The notes beneath the pieces were generated by a model. That model was not told where the DNA came from. It made no database searches and saw nothing but the letters and a program-made list of their open reading frames with translations. Source: Eledone cirrhosa (Eukaryota). Taken from it: a stretch of DNA of 64,000 nt. Shown one piece after another: positions 12,383 through 26,496 of this stretch. The translations under genes were made by a program, and so were the position numbers. Position 1 is the stretch's first letter. Each line of letters starts with the position of its first letter. The stretch spans positions 361,894,001 to 361,958,000 of the forward strand of contig OZ024741.1 of assembly GCA_964016885.1 (NCBI GenBank). Direction: 5' to 3'.

Positions 12383-12729
12383 ATATTTAGTCGTTTTACC
12401 AGTTTACTAACTATTTATGATGGTTCTGTACTATTTAAAACCTATTCCACTAATATCTGTTTTACTTTCTTGTGTGTCTAATTTTGAAAATATATTTATT
12501 GGGTGTGTCAATATATATATTAGGTATTTAAGTGTGTGTGTGGGGGGGAGGGGATAAAAATATAACCACCATACCAGTTATTGACTAGTTTTGATATGTC
12601 AAAAGGTAGAGTGATATTAGGGTGAAAATTGGGCTGAGAAACTATGTTACTGTTGTCATTATTAAAGTGGTTGGTCAAACAACTATGTGTAACCTAAAGG
12701 TTTATTGTTGCAGACATATTATACTTCCA

Positions 12730-13245
12730 CGTTGCTGTGATCACTCCAATATGCAGCGATTAATGTGGTAAAGTTGGAAGAACAGCAAGGTGGTCAAGTG
12801 TTGAGTGTAAGAAGGGTATTGGAATGAACTCTATCAAATGTACAATATGCACCTGGTGGGTACATTGAAAATGTAGTTGTGTGAGAGGATTATTAAATAA
12901 TATAGCAGCTACATTTAAGTGTAAAGTGAGAGGATATTGACCTAGATCTTGGGGATGATGTGAAGGTGGAAAATATAAAAACATTTTGTTATCTTGGAGA
13001 CGTTGAATGGAGAAGGTGAATCTAACTCGGCAATGATAGCGAGAATGAGATGTGTAAGGAAGAAGTTCTGGGAACTGAGTGGTGATCTAATGGGGAGGGA
13101 AGTGTAGCAAAACTTTAAGGCAAAGGTATATGTTGCATGTGTGAGAAGTGCCATAATTTATGGGAGAGAACTGCTCAGAGAGAGGCAGACAATGAATTAC
13201 TGACATGACTAAAGATGATGTAAGAAGAAATGAAAGCCAGCAAAT
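12730..13245 (+). mobile_element. Highly decayed RTE LINE fragment
   Basis: Remnants such as CKKGIGMNSIKCTICTWWVH, FCYLGD and KVYVACVRSAIIYG. Confidence 0.7.
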
Positions 13246-13247
13246 TA

Positions 13248-14028
13248 AAGGCGATGACACACGACCGTGACCTCTGGCATCATGCAGTAATACAGAGTAC
13301 CCGACCACCCATGGGTACAAGCCGAAGCTGAAGCATATAGACAATATGCCCCCACACCCTCCCACTGCAAACTGGTCGTGGAGGTGCCACAGCAAAAAAG
13401 CACCTAGCCCACACTGTAAAGTGGACGTGGAGGTGCCACAGCAAAAAAGCACCCAGCCCACACTGTAAAGTGGACGTGGAGGTGCCACAGCAAAAAAGCA
13501 CCCAGCCCACACTGTAAAGTGGACGTGGAGGTGCCACAGCAAAAAAGCACCCAGCCCACACTGTAAAGTGGACGTGGAGGTGCCACAGCAAAAAAGCACC
13601 CAGCCCACACTGTAAAGTGGACGTGGAGGTGCCACAGCAAAAAAGCACCCAGCCCACACTGTAAAGTGGACGTGGAGGTGCCACAGCAAAAAAGCACCCA
13701 GCCCACACTGTAAAGTGGACGTGGAGGTGCCACGGCAAAAAAGCACCCAGCACTCACTGTAAAGTGGACGTGGAGGTGCCACAGCAAAAAAGCACCCAGC
13801 CCACACTGTAAAGTGGACGTGGAGGTGCCACGGCAAAAAAGCACCCAGCACTCACTGTAAATGAGGTTGGTGTTAGGAAGGGCATCCAGCTGTAGAAATC
13901 AAGCCAGAATCAGTTCCCGTACGAGCAAGACAAGGTCAGCCAACCAGACACTGCCCACAACAGGACAACCCGTCTAACCCATGCTAGCATGGAAGAACGG
14001 ATGTAAAACGGTGATGATGATGATGATG
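13248..14028 (+). mobile_element. RTE family A 3' end with a 49-bp UTR unit amplified 10 times
   Basis: Matches 200-568 and 52103-52478; unit gtggaggtgccacagcaaaaaagcacccagcccacactgtaaagtggac is tandem over 13378-13860. Confidence 0.9.
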
Positions 14029-14932
14029 AGAGAGAGCGAGAGAGAAATGGCTTCTACAGGAATAGAACTGTTTCATTCAAATGAAACTTGGTGTTTACTC
14101 TCTACTATTGTATTGAGTACCTTACAAACTGTGGTTACCCCCAATTGAACCCATGACTCATACACACACACACGCACATCATCATCATTTAACGTCCATT
14201 TTCCATGCTAGCATGGTTAGATGGATCGTCCCATTTGAGGTAAGTTGGGTCAGGTGACCATGTCTTACTCATATTCATATATATATATGTACATATATAC
14301 ATATATATATAGATGGACGTTAAACGATGATGATGATGATGAATATATAGGTAGATATAAATATAATATTAATAATATTAATTCATGCACGAATAATCAA
14401 ACAAAATATTCAACCCAATTTTCTAAGATGTTTTTGTGAAATAAGTCTGCTGTTTTTGCATTATGTACATCTCTATGTAGTAAACATTTAGCAGTGAGGA
14501 CTTTCAATAAGATTATGACTCGTTGGCGTCAAAATATATGTCATTTTAGTTTCTTGCTATTTAAAAGGTCATTGTCAGACTAACATTAACATATGTAGCA
14601 ACAAAAGCTACCTTTTGTAGATAGCCTATGTACTTTCATACTTAGCTTACTTTTTTATTGTTTTACTAGATTCAGTTATTGGACTGTGGCCATTTAGGGC
14701 ACTTCCTTTGAGGGATTTAGTCAATCATATTGACTCCAGTAATTATATTCTCAAGTTTGATACATAAACACAGACATGGACACACTCACAGGTATACATA
14801 TATATAACCAGAATGGGGGGTGGTAAAAACGAACTAGACCATTACTCACCAGAGAACTCAATACATGGGGTAGTAGAGTGGGTAATATGAAAAATTCAGG
14901 ACTCTGATGACTGAGCACTATCGGGGTCCCAA

Positions 14933-14969
<37 letters not shown>

Positions 14970-15458
14970 ATATAGGGAGAAGGAGAGAGAGAGTCATTAG
15001 ACCATTTAAATATATAATAACATTTTTTACAATTAATTTACAAATAAAAGGATTGAGTCATCCTGTATATATACATATAAAACACTAAGTCCACTCTGTA
15101 TGGTAATATGGCGTCACAACAACAAAAGCACTGTCTATCTTGTAAGGCGGTCATGTTGGTGACAAGATAAAAAAACGCCCAGTCCACCCTGTAAAGTGTT
15201 TGTGTTGGTGACGCAACAAAATGTGCCCAGTTCACCATGTTAGATGGTCATTTTGGTGTCACGATAAAAAGCACCCAGTTCACACTGTAATATAGTTGGC
15301 ATGAGAAGGGCATCCAGCTGTAAAAACCAAGCCAAAATACAGATCTGTATGAAACAACATAGTTTACTGGCCTGATTTGTCCAATGCAACTTAACCCATG
15401 CAAGTGTGGAAAAATAGACGTTAAATAATGATGAATAACACACACATATATATATATG

Positions 15459-15489
<31 letters not shown>

Positions 15490-15889
15490 GTATACATATA
15501 TATATGTATATATATATATATATGTGTGTGTGTGTGGAGGCCTAGTGGTAACAGTGTTGGACTTATGATCATAATGTTATGGGTTCGATTTCTGTGTTGC
15601 GTGTTGTGTTCTTGAGCAAAACACTTGATTTCAAGTTGTTACAGTATACTCAGGTGAAAATGAGTACCAGCAATAGCTGCGGGTTTAACCCTGCGATGGA
15701 CTGGCGTCCTGTCCAGGAGGGAGTCTAATACTCTCAGTCGCTTCACATCATGAAACTGGGATAAGCACCGGCCAAAAAGCTGTTCATTTTAAACTATTTA
15801 TATTTATCTAAATATCTTCCATCATAATTTTATAATAATAATAATAATTGTTTCTACTTTTGGCACAACGCCAGCAATTAATGGAGGGG

Positions 15890-18800
15890 GAATATCAGGT
15901 GTAGTGTTGGCAAATTTCAGGAAGTATGGAGGTTTTAAAGGATGTAGTATCCTGGCAGCTAACAACTGATGCAGGTAGTTTGTTCCATGCTTCAGCAACT
16001 CTGTTTCCCAAAAGTCATGGGAGCTGTGGTGTTTTCTGACTCTATAAGGCATGCCCACGTGTGTTAGACACATGGAATTCAAAAAGGTGCTCAGGGTTGT
16101 TGTTGGTTAATAATTTTGTGGGTGTTTACCAAGTCAGTTGCCAGACGTCGGAGCTTCAATGTATCCATGCCCAGGGAAGAAAGGCGTTCAGAGTATGGTA
16201 GATGTCTGATGTTTGGTTGCACGTCTCTGAACAGTTTCCAGGAGGTCAATATTCTGAGCAAGATAGGGGTTCCAGACCGGTGATGCAAATTCTTAGTGTG
16301 GCCGCACCATAGCTATATACAGCTTTAAATAGATAGCTGGAGAGCGGCTGAAAAAGGTCTTCTTGATAATTTTAGAGATGTGCTTTGTGCAATGCAAATC
16401 GCTGCTGACTGTAATGCCCAGGTCATGTTCACAAGAAGACTTCTTGATATTAGTGTTGTGGAAGGAGTATGTGGATGCTGGGTTTTCCTCCCAAAATGGA
16501 TGGTGGTACACTTGTCCACAGCCAGCTTGAGTTGCCAGTCTGTGATCCATTGCTGCATTGTGTCCAGGTCTGATTGCAGGAAATATCTATAGTGTTCAGG
16601 ATCTGTCCTTTTTATTTCAAGGTACAGCTTGATGTCATATGCATATTTCAGCATTCTTTAAGTTGGCATCTATGTCATTGATATATGCAACAAACAAAAA
16701 AGGACCAAGATCAGATCCCTGTGGTACTCCAGATGACATCTCATACAGTGAAGAATGCTGTCCTAGAACCGTGACTACCTCTTCTCGACTGAGAATGAAG
16801 GACTTCAACCAGTTGTAAAGAACATCTCTCACACCCATAGCAGAGAGTTTTGTCATAACTCTTTTGTGTGACATGGAATTAAAAGCTTTAGCAAAGTCAA
16901 GGTAAACAACATCCACCCATGAGGCACCATCAGTGATCTTCAAGAAACTCAATAAGTTGATCACAGCAGCTGGAGTTAGGGCTAAATCCAGATTGCAAGG
17001 GCAGGATAAGGCTATGAGAATTCCAGAAGTTCTAGAGTGTTTCTCTGACACAGGATTCCATCAGTTTGGCAATGCCGCTAGTAAGACTGACTGGATGATA
17101 GTTGACAGGCGACATGCGGTCACTCTTTTTGAAGAGAGGAATGACACTGGTAGTTTTCCACTGCTCCGGAGTAACACCATTGTTAAGACAGAATTGAAAG
17201 AAGAGTGAAAGCTGGTGCAGAAGGAAATACCCACCACATGGGTACATAACACCATCAAGATACAGGAGAGGCATAGTTGCACTTATTCTTAAGGTGATGT
17301 TGCAACATTGCAGGTCATAACACCAGCAGGTACATAACACCATCAAGACCAGGAGAGGCATAGTTGCACTTATTCTTAAGGTGATGTTGCAACATTGCAG
17401 GTGTAAATTCCATAGTTGTTATAGAATTTGATGTCAAAGGTGGTGGGGATGGTACATTTTGGTTTTCAACAGTAAAAATGCCTGCATAGCATTCAGCATT
17501 GATTTATGCGCATTCTTTGGGATCGTCAATAATTTGGCTTGTGAGGGATTGTGAAGAGGACCAACTGGAGAGTGAGGTGTCTGCTTTGAATGTACATATT
17601 TCCAGAACACTTTACTGTCAGGGTTGGTTGTGCTGTTTAAATTCAAGCTCTGCCTTTTTTTGTCACCTGCTTGAGATGGTTGGATGATTTATTGCGCTTT
17701 TTTCTGTTGATATCTGATTTATGCAGTTTGTATTCCCGTTCAGCATTACGTTCTTTTCTCGCATCAGACTGCTGCAGTCTCTCAAATTGCACTTTTGGGA
17801 TGTTTTTTGTGCTTACATGGTACTGATGCTGCACATGTTGTCCATATTGAGTCCAGGATGTTCTGAAGTATAGTATTCACATCTCCAGAATCGTAAAATT
17901 CAAGCCAGTTTGGGTTTTGTAGCTCGGTGCAGTAAGAGTTCAAGTTTGCTTTATTCCAGTCAAAGCAAGTAGTTTGGAAATGGTTGTTGTTATTGCCCAT
18001 AAGAGAGAGATTGACAATGATCATAGCATGATCAGAGTCACCTAAAGGTTCCTCAGTAATAACACTAATAACAGTTTCAGCAGTAGTGGTAAAGAGCAGA
18101 TCAAAAGTGTTGTTACCCCTTGTTGGGGAGGTGACTACTTGAGACCAGCTCGAGTCCAGTACTAGCTCAAGGAAATCATTTGCACTTTGCAGCCAATGAA
18201 AGGTTTCCCAATCAATCTCAGGGTGATTGAACTCGCCTGCAATAAAAACATAAGTGGCTGTTTTCCTGGCAGCAGCTCTGAGGATATCACAAAGTTGAGT
18301 GTCCTGATGGTAATTTGATGGGGCGGGGGTAAACAACTCCAAGTAGAAGTGCTGACATGGTCATATGTATATCGCAGAAAAATACCTCTTGTGATTGGTT
18401 CAAATCAACGCAAGGAATTGCTGAAAAGTTTGAACGAACGTACACCCTCACACCACCACCATGATTAATGCGGTCTTTGCGAAACAAGTTGTAGCCAGCT
18501 ATGCTGAAAACCCCATCACAGAATAAAGAATGCGCCTATGTTTCCACGACTGTAATGAAATCGGGTGTCGATACTTTTGACATAAGAATCAAAAAGATAT
18601 ATCTTATTGCATAAACTACAAGCATTTAAGGACAACAGTTTGTACCTTGATTTCAGTTTATGATGATGTATAGTGGATGGCAGGTTGTTCTGATTTAGTT
18701 TTCCAGTTTTTTCATTGTCAGCTATTGTGGGTACCATGTGGTCAGACCAGCTGGTATCTCTTTTCCATGTTTCTCCAGATTTGATAAACTTCCATATCTG

Positions 18801-19800
18801 CCCATCGTTATGTAGTCGGTAGCTTTCATGTTGTGCTGAGTTGTGATTTAAGCTGCAGCATGTATCTTTGGACATACATTAGGTGGTAAGCCAGGGAATA
18901 TTCGAAAGGTAATCCGATTTTCACGCCTTGCTTTATCAGAGGCTAAATGGTATGCACATGCCTCAGTAGCATTTGTAAAAGACAACCTAATTAGTCTGGA
19001 TTTCGGACCTGGTCGACCAAGGCGGAGAGCACCCTTTAGGGGAGTACAGCCTAGGTCTTTAGATGAGCTGCCAGCAAATGTCTGAAGATCAGCTATGTCT
19101 TCTGATACACCAATGGCAATTACTTTGTGGGTGGCAGATTCAGAGGTTTTTTCAATGATTCGGCAAGAGCTCCAGGCAGATTTTTTAACAAGGCACTCCA
19201 ATAAGATCCCTCATTGTGAGGTTCTACACAAACGCTTGATTTGATTCATACTATTTGTCGGCATAAAGCAGAAATCGTTTGTCGAATTTCTGCAACCTTT
19301 GTAGTGATGGTCAATTTTTATTGTTGTTGTTGTCAACAGGAATTGTAGCAGAAGCCATGGCCGTCGGTTTTTGCCGTTGTTCAGCAGCAATGGTAGAGGA
19401 AGACATGATCATCGGTTTTTGTTGTTGTTGTTCAACAGCAATGGTAAAGGAAGACACACAGACCAGGCACTGAAAGGACCAATTTAGTAGCTGGACTATT
19501 TCCCAGAGTCCATCCATCATAAAATATGGTGTCCCTTCTTATGACCTGGGATCTTTCGAAAGTTTGTGGCACATTAAAGGTAGACAGAAACACGACATTT
19601 ACCACATTCAACCCATCGATTTCGGAAGGACTTCTCGGGTTCTGTACATAGATGACATACGTGATTTTCTGGACAATGTTCTATTTTGGAACAGTGACCA
19701 GTTTTATCTCACACATCATCCATGGATGTCGCTATAGCAATTTTGTTCTGTCTGTCTATCCGTACAGTAGAACAAAAGGTAAACAAATAGATATGCTGTG
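15890..19800 (-). mobile_element. Decayed near full-length CR1/L2-group LINE (ORF1 with PHD finger; ORF2 APE + RT)
   Basis: RT motifs YLDFAKAF, GVPQGS.LGP.LF..YIND, YA.D.KLY; APE motifs FRKDR..GGGV, AGEFNHP, SDH; ORF1 RLGR...RLIRL and VCHLC..WVECGKC; many frameshifts and stops. Confidence 0.9.
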
Positions 19801-20661
19801 TAAGTTTAGCACACTTGTTAATGAGATAAATAAAATATTTTTTTTTTATTTCTACTTTTCTGTGTATTGTGTGTGTATATACAAAAAGCTCTGCGCAGGT
19901 ATATATAATTAAAATATGTATGTAGGTTAGAAATGAAGTCAATGTCCAGAGTGTTTTTATAATGTACGTTACGATGGTTACTATTCTCACACGAAATAGT
20001 ATGATTTCTTTTCACTTTACACATCTATGTGTATGTTGTTTATAGAATTTGAGATGTACTTACTGTGATCCATAGGGGGTGTAGTGATTTTTTTTTCTAT
20101 TCATGTCTACATGTGGTTTGTTGGCGAAAATGAGATTTACTTCATTAAAGTGATGCTATGTTGAAACTGGTTCTACTTGTCAGTGAATAATGAAAGTACC
20201 GTATATACTCGCGTATAGGTCGCACTTTTTTAACGATAAATAAGTATAAATATTTGGGGTGCGACCTATCCGATCGACATCAGACTGACCAATGATTTTT
20301 CATAGACTTAATCAACGATGGGTATTTATAAAAATAACTTTGTTAATATTTTTTATTATTTAACATAATAATTTCATATATCTACCTTCTTATACATATA
20401 TTTCTTGATTTTAAATTTTTAACTAAAACTTCGTAGTGTTTACGTTTTTTTCTATCTGACCGAACCACCCTTCATTAAAATCCATAGAAATGCATACCCT
20501 GTATTTAAAATGTGATTTCATTGTCTTAGCGTTGCTATGAACACGTATTGTGACGTATTTACTTTAACAGGAAACAGATTATTACATGTGGCGTTGCTTT
20601 TCAAAATTAGCAAGTGAGAAAAGTTGATAGTTGAAATTTTTTTTATAATTCACTGAGAAAT

Positions 20662-22041
20662 ATGAATTCCGGTAAGAGAAAAAGTTATCAAACAGTTTTC
20701 AAGTTAAAGGTGGTTTGTTATGCAGAAGAATTTGGAAATAGATCAGCAGAAAGGGAGTTTGGAGTGTCAGAAAAGGTGGTGAGAGGTTGGAGGAAACAAA
20801 AAGACAAGCTGGGAGAAATGCCTAAATCAAAGAGATCAGCAAGGTTTGGAGTATCACCATATCAAGATCTTGAAAAAGAGCTAAATGATCGGGTTTAGAT
20901 ATCAGGGAAAATGGACACATTGTTACAAGACTTTCTATAAGAACGAAAGCCCTTCACCTTGCACCAACCAAAGTACCATTTATCCCAATTTAAATCGTCA
21001 GCAGGGTGGTGCACCAGGTTTATGAATAGGTTTGGACTGACTCTTCGCCAAAAGACACATATTGCACAAAAGCTGCCAAAAGATATTGATGACAAAGTAC
21101 ACAATTTTGTAAAATTTGTGTTAAAGGAAAGAAAAATGTTTGATTTTGCCGTGGAGAATATAGCCAACATGGATGAAACACCCATGTACTTTGACATGCC
21201 AGGCAACACAACTGTGGATAGTATAGGTAACAAAACTGTTACAGTCAAAACCACAGGTCATGAAAAACAACATTTTACTGTTGTTCTAGCATGCCAGGCT
21301 GAAGGAAAAAAACTTTGCTCTATGGTTATTTTCAAAAGGAAAATTATGCCAAAAAAGAATTTTCCAAGCGATGTGATTGTGAAGGTACATCTGAAGGGCT
21401 GGATGGACAAGAACTTAACAAAGTTATGGCTTGATGAAGTGTGGATGAAAAGACCAGGGGCATTACTGAAGTCATGAAGTTTGCTAGTTTGGGATATGTT
21501 TCGATCTCATTGCCGTGAGTCTGTAAAGGCTAAGCTGAAGGATTGTAAAACAAGACAAGCAGTGATGCTTGGTGGTTGCACTTCAGTCTTATAACCCCTT
21601 GATATGGCAGTAAATAAGCCCTTCAAGACTTATTTCCGTAAACTCTGGACTTCTTGGATGATATCAGGTGAAAAAGAAATTACCAAAGGTGGATCATTGA
21701 AAAGACCTGGCTTGAGATTAGTGGTGGAGTGGGTGAAGGAGGCTTGGGAAAGTATCCCTGAAGAGCTTATAATGAAGGCTTTCAAAAAATGTGGCATATC
21801 AAATACGATGGACGGGACTGAAGATGATGTGTTATATGAGGATTTAGTTGGTGAAAAGACAGAAAATGCAGAGAGTGATGAGGGAGATGATATTGAAGAA
21901 TGTGAAGATGAATTGAATGACTATTATAACGAATGCACAGTTACAGATGAAGAAATGAAAAAACTATTAATTAACAGGTGTAAAAGTAATAACTTTATGG
22001 ATATACACAAAAATTTAAACTTTATCTGCCTTACCTGTTAG
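20662..22041 (+). pseudogene. pogo-type transposase pseudogene (Brinker-like DBD, CENP-B HTH, DDE_1)
   Basis: RKSY...FKLKVV, FKSSAGW..RFM.R, NMDETP, VWD.FRSH, PLD.AVNKPFK; frameshift at ~20895 and stop at 21475-21477. Confidence 0.92.
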
Positions 22042-22349
22042 ATTTGTTGCAAAAAGAAATTCAATAATGACCTAGATGTTGACTTCCATCAATTCTAGCA
22101 GTTTTCCAAACAGGTGAATTAATTAAAATTGCAGATATAATCAGTACAAGGTTTTAGTATACCAGGCAAATATTTTCATTGAAAAAAATGTATAAAACCT
22201 TTTCACCAGTCAAAATAATATTTGCAATGTACTCTTACACAATGTACGGTGTAAATTTACGTAACAGAATGTTTCCAATATATAAGTTCATTAACAGGTG
22301 TGAACATGTATTGGTGTTGTATCTTTCAACCACGTTGCTGTAATATTTT

Positions 22350-22660
22350 CAATGGTGTCCGTCAGATCTAACCCAAGTTCTGCTGCACGTTGGGCTGAGG
22401 AGGCCAAGCTCCTCAAATACCGGTCGCTCTCCGACAGGTTTGCGGTTGTACTCCTGGCAGTGGAGACTTCTGGTGTCCTCGACCCCAGGGCTACCTCCTT
22501 ACTCACCACCATAGGTGCTGAGCTGGCCAGCCGCAGGTGTGAGCCCCTCGAGTTGGAGTGGCTTTTCCTGCGCGTCTCCCTTGCCGTCCTCCGGGGAAAC
22601 GCCTTCTCCATTCTGTCTGCCGGAGCTGTGGGTGGGCCCCATCACGTACTGTTGTAGTTG
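22350..22660 (+). mobile_element. CRE/Hero-type non-LTR retrotransposon fragment (restriction-like endonuclease C-terminus), nested in pogo
   Basis: AVETSGVL....WLFLRVSLAVLRGNAFSIL motif. Confidence 0.75.
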
Positions 22661-22722
22661 TTGTATACAGATATTAACTCATCAATCCCATTGTCCTAAT
22701 CCATAAAATTAAATAGGGTTTC

Positions 22723-22755
<33 letters not shown>

Positions 22756-22768
22756 GTATATATATATG

Positions 22769-22815
<47 letters not shown>

Positions 22816-24078
22816 TGTTATACTTGAGGAGGGTCATATTTGTGTAATAATATTGCCAGAATTAATAACAGAACACACTCACTGTTTGGTTGGTTTTCGT
22901 TTCTGTCTTTTATATCAGTTAATTTAATTTATTCGGTCTTCAATGTTACCATTGACTGACCAACAGTCAAAAATACAGATACAATATAGACACAAACACA
23001 TATAGTCTAACAAAGTTCTTTCGTTGCACATCTGCAACATCGTCAGTGGTGCTATTATGTTTCCTCCCATTGTATTGTATGCCTACGCCATCTTTATTTA
23101 GTCTGTTTATTTATTTATTTATTTGTTTTTTTTTTTGTCTTCTCTGCGCATGCGTTTGCATGTGTGTATAGTGTTTTGTTTGATGTGTGTTCATGTTTGG
23201 GTGACTGTGTATTGGTTATTGTATTCTATCTTAGTTTACTAGTGTGTTTATATGTGTTTGTTGTTATTGTGCTTGTGTATGTATTTATTTGCAGAAACAT
23301 GACAACAACATACATAGGCGAGACAGCTCGTAGCATAGGTGAAAGGATAGACCAACACTGGGGGGAACTAAAAGGACGAAAAAACGGTTCAGTACTATAC
23401 GAACATGCCAGACAACAACACGACGGTAACATAGACAACATAGAAATGACCCAGCACATAGGCAAATCAGAGAGGCCAGCGAAATAGAACTTAGAAGGCC
23501 AAGGCTAAACAGAAAAAATGAATGGAATAACAACAACACCCAAACAAACAACACTGACCTAAGAGAAGTATAAATAAATAAATAAATAGATAAATAAATA
23601 AATAAATAAATACATACACAAGCACAATAACAACAAACACATATAAAAACACTAGTAAACTAAGATAGAATACAATAACCAATACACAGTCACCCAAACA
23701 CGAACACACATCAAACAAAAGACTATACACACACGCAAACGCATGCGCAGAGAAGACAAAAAACAAACAAACAAATAAATAAATAAATAAACAGACTAAA
23801 TAAAGAAGGCGTAGGCATACAATACAATGGGAGGAAACATAATAGCACCACTGATGATGTTGCAGATGTGCAACGAAAGAACTTTGTTAGACTATATATA
23901 TGTGTTTGTGTCTATATTGTATCTGTATTTTTGCCCGTTGGTCAGTCAATGGTAACATTGAGGACCGAATAAATTAAATTAACCGATATAAAAGACAGAA
24001 ACAAAAACCAACCAAACAGTGAGTGTGTTCTGTTATTAATTCTGGCAATATTATTATGACCCTCTCCAAGTATAACAA
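22816..24078 (+). mobile_element. Penelope-like element 3' remnant: GIY-YIG fragment between inverted pLTRs, inserted in (TA)n inside pogo
   Basis: ~22816-23290 is the reverse complement of ~23595-24078; the spacer encodes YIGETARSIGERIDQH...SVLYEH. Confidence 0.85.
23842..23894 (+). ncRNA. Minimal hammerhead ribozyme motif (inverted copy at 23002-23055, minus strand)
   Basis: CTGATGA-t-gttgca gatg tgcaac-GAAA-gaac-TT; stem I is imperfect; the inverted copy has CTGACGA. Confidence 0.55.
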
Positions 24079-25034
24079 TATTTGTTTCGACACACGATTT
24101 CATATCAAAAACCTCGCAAAACTATATATATATATATATATAGTAATAATAATAAATTTGAAGACTAAAATCCAAAGAGGCCTCAATAAGGATAAATATA
24201 TATCAAATATATAAGAACCGTAGAGCAAATATTTATTAAAATAACAGATTAGCCAAATAGTAATAATAATAAATTTGAAGACTAAAATCCATATGTATAT
24301 ATACATATGGATATGTGAACATACAAAAATCTGTTATACTTTCAATGTTAAAAAACATGTGTTATTTCAAGTTGTTTCACTATATTAAGAGTTAATTTTC
24401 GCGCTTAAAGGCTTTATCTCGCAGTAATCTCGAATTGAGGAGAGATTTCGATGAGGTTAATGTTTATTTTATAAATAAAACATGGTTTGGAGTATATATC
24501 GCAACGGCGAAGTAATGGAAAGCTAACAGATTATTAGTTTCAATTATCATAAAAAATAGTAGTTTGACGGCCCAAATTTCAGTGCAACCTATCTGCGAGT
24601 CAATGGCAAATAGCCTATTTGTTAAATGAAAAGTGGGTATGCGACCTATCTGCCGGGGCGACCTATACGGGAGTATATATGGTATTTGCAATTATGAATA
24701 TTGTAATCCATCTGATATGTGTTAAGAGGGAAGTTTTCGGTGATATTGTTTATATAGGAGAGCTTTGGTCATGAGTCGTTCCTTGTCGCCATTTTGTCAC
24801 ATCTTATGTACAAATTTTTAAGTTTTCATTCTATTAAGGCAATATAATAATACAATGCTTACAGAACGAAAGCACAAACAAATATAATATAAAAGAAAGG
24901 AAAAAGGAAAACAAAAAAGGAAAAGAAAGAGAAAAGAAAAAAAAAACACAAGCAGTTAACACACACATTTAGGACCACATACAACAAAAGGCAGGCGAAA
25001 GGGGTGGACAAACGAGCTGCTACCAGAGTAAAAG

Positions 25035-25225
25035 ATAACAGTATCACGAGGAGCACGAGAAACCTCTCTAATAATTTTTTAGGGAAGCCAGTACACTCGC
25101 GGTGTTAGCTCGGTGATGGCGAGGGTGATGTGCTGGAACAACCAAGCACTCTCACGAGCATCACTAGTTACCTCTGTTAGGTGAGTGGCCAGTGAAGATC
25201 AGAACCGCGCAGTCAGTAGCCAAAC
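25035..25225 (-). mobile_element. CRE/Hero-type REL fragment
   Basis: Minus-strand translation ..DARESAWLFQHITLAI..ANTASVL. Confidence 0.55.
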
Positions 25226-25659
25226 ACCATCTTAATATTACTAAAACCATCCAGATTCTTTCTATTTTTCAAAATTATTTGAAAATCATTGGCAGAATAT
25301 ATCTTTCATTAGAAATATGGTAACAAAAGAGTTAACCAGTTTAAGAATCTATGGTGTTATTCCCGGTTTTATGGTTCAATAATTTTACTGAATAATAACA
25401 GCATTTCTAATTATCTACTTTGAATATTTTATCTTTATTCATTTAGGTATTAATAATTACTGCAAAACTTCCTGGTTTAATTGTACAACAATAATAATGA
25501 ATCAATGAATGGATTATAATTTATCATTTATTAATTTAAAATACAAACAATATTCCTGATTTAATGGTTCAGTATTAACTACTCACTGTATGATGATGGT
25601 GATGGTGATGATGATGATGATGACGATGACGACGACGACGACGACGACGACGACGATGA

Positions 25660-26495
25660 TGTTGTTTTCTAATTTAGGCACAAGACTAGCAATTTTGAGG
25701 TGAGGGGGAAAGGTTGATTATATCGACCCCCCAGTACTTGACTGACACTTTATTTTATTGACCTTGGAAGGAAAAAAGCAAAGTTGAGTTTGGCAGGATT
25801 TAGACTCTGAAGGTAAAAAGTTGGAACAATTACCACAAGGTATTTTTGTTTGGTGCTCTAACGATTCTGCTAACTCACAGACAACTGAAATAAATACTGT
25901 AAAGCATTCTATTTACTGCTCTAATGTTTCTGCTAATCCATTGCCTTTGTCATGAGCATTGAGCTTTCAATTGGGAGGTTGTGAGTTCAATTCTTGGGCC
26001 GGCTGATGTGTTGTGTTCTTCAGCAAGACATTTTATTTCAAGTTGCTCCAGTTTACTCAGCTGCAGAAAAGAGTTGCACCGTCACTTGTGCCAAGCTGTA
26101 TTGGCCATTGCCTTTCCCTTGGACAACATCAGTGGCATGGAGAGGGGAGACTGGAATACATTGGCAACTGCTGGTCTTTCACAAACAACCTTGCCTGGAC
26201 TTGTGCCTCAGAGGGGAACTTTCTAGGTGAAAATCCCATGGTCATTCGTGACCGAAGGAGGTCTTTACCCTTTTTTCATAAGGATTTCTAACTTAGGCAC
26301 ACGACCAGCAGTTTGGGAAGAGAGGAAAGTTGATTATATACACCCACTACTAGACTAATACTTTATTTTAATGATCTTGGAAGGATGAAAGTTAAAGTTG
26401 ACCATGGCAGGATTTGAACCCAGAACGTAAAGAGATGAAACCAATACTGTAAAGCATTTTATCCAGAGCTCAAATGACTCTGCCAATTCAACACT
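25660..26495. mobile_element. Cluster of decayed SINEs
   Basis: Meta-like copies on the minus strand at 25660-25950 and 26285-26495; CORE-like SINE on the plus strand at ~25955-26275. Confidence 0.6.
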
Positions 26496-26496
26496 C

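Larger units (their letters stand above)
20199..24682 (+). mobile_element. pogo/Tigger-superfamily DNA transposon with TIRs and TA target-site duplication
   Basis: TA|CCGTATATACTCGCGTATAGGTCGC ... GCGACCTATACGGGAGTATATATGG|TA; subterminal gcgacctat repeats. Confidence 0.92.

Noticed and set aside
13378-13860. ORFs 13087..13851, 13280..13753 and 13404..13844 as proteins, or a CRISPR array
   Set aside because: Artefacts of a 49-bp tandem repeat in a LINE 3' UTR
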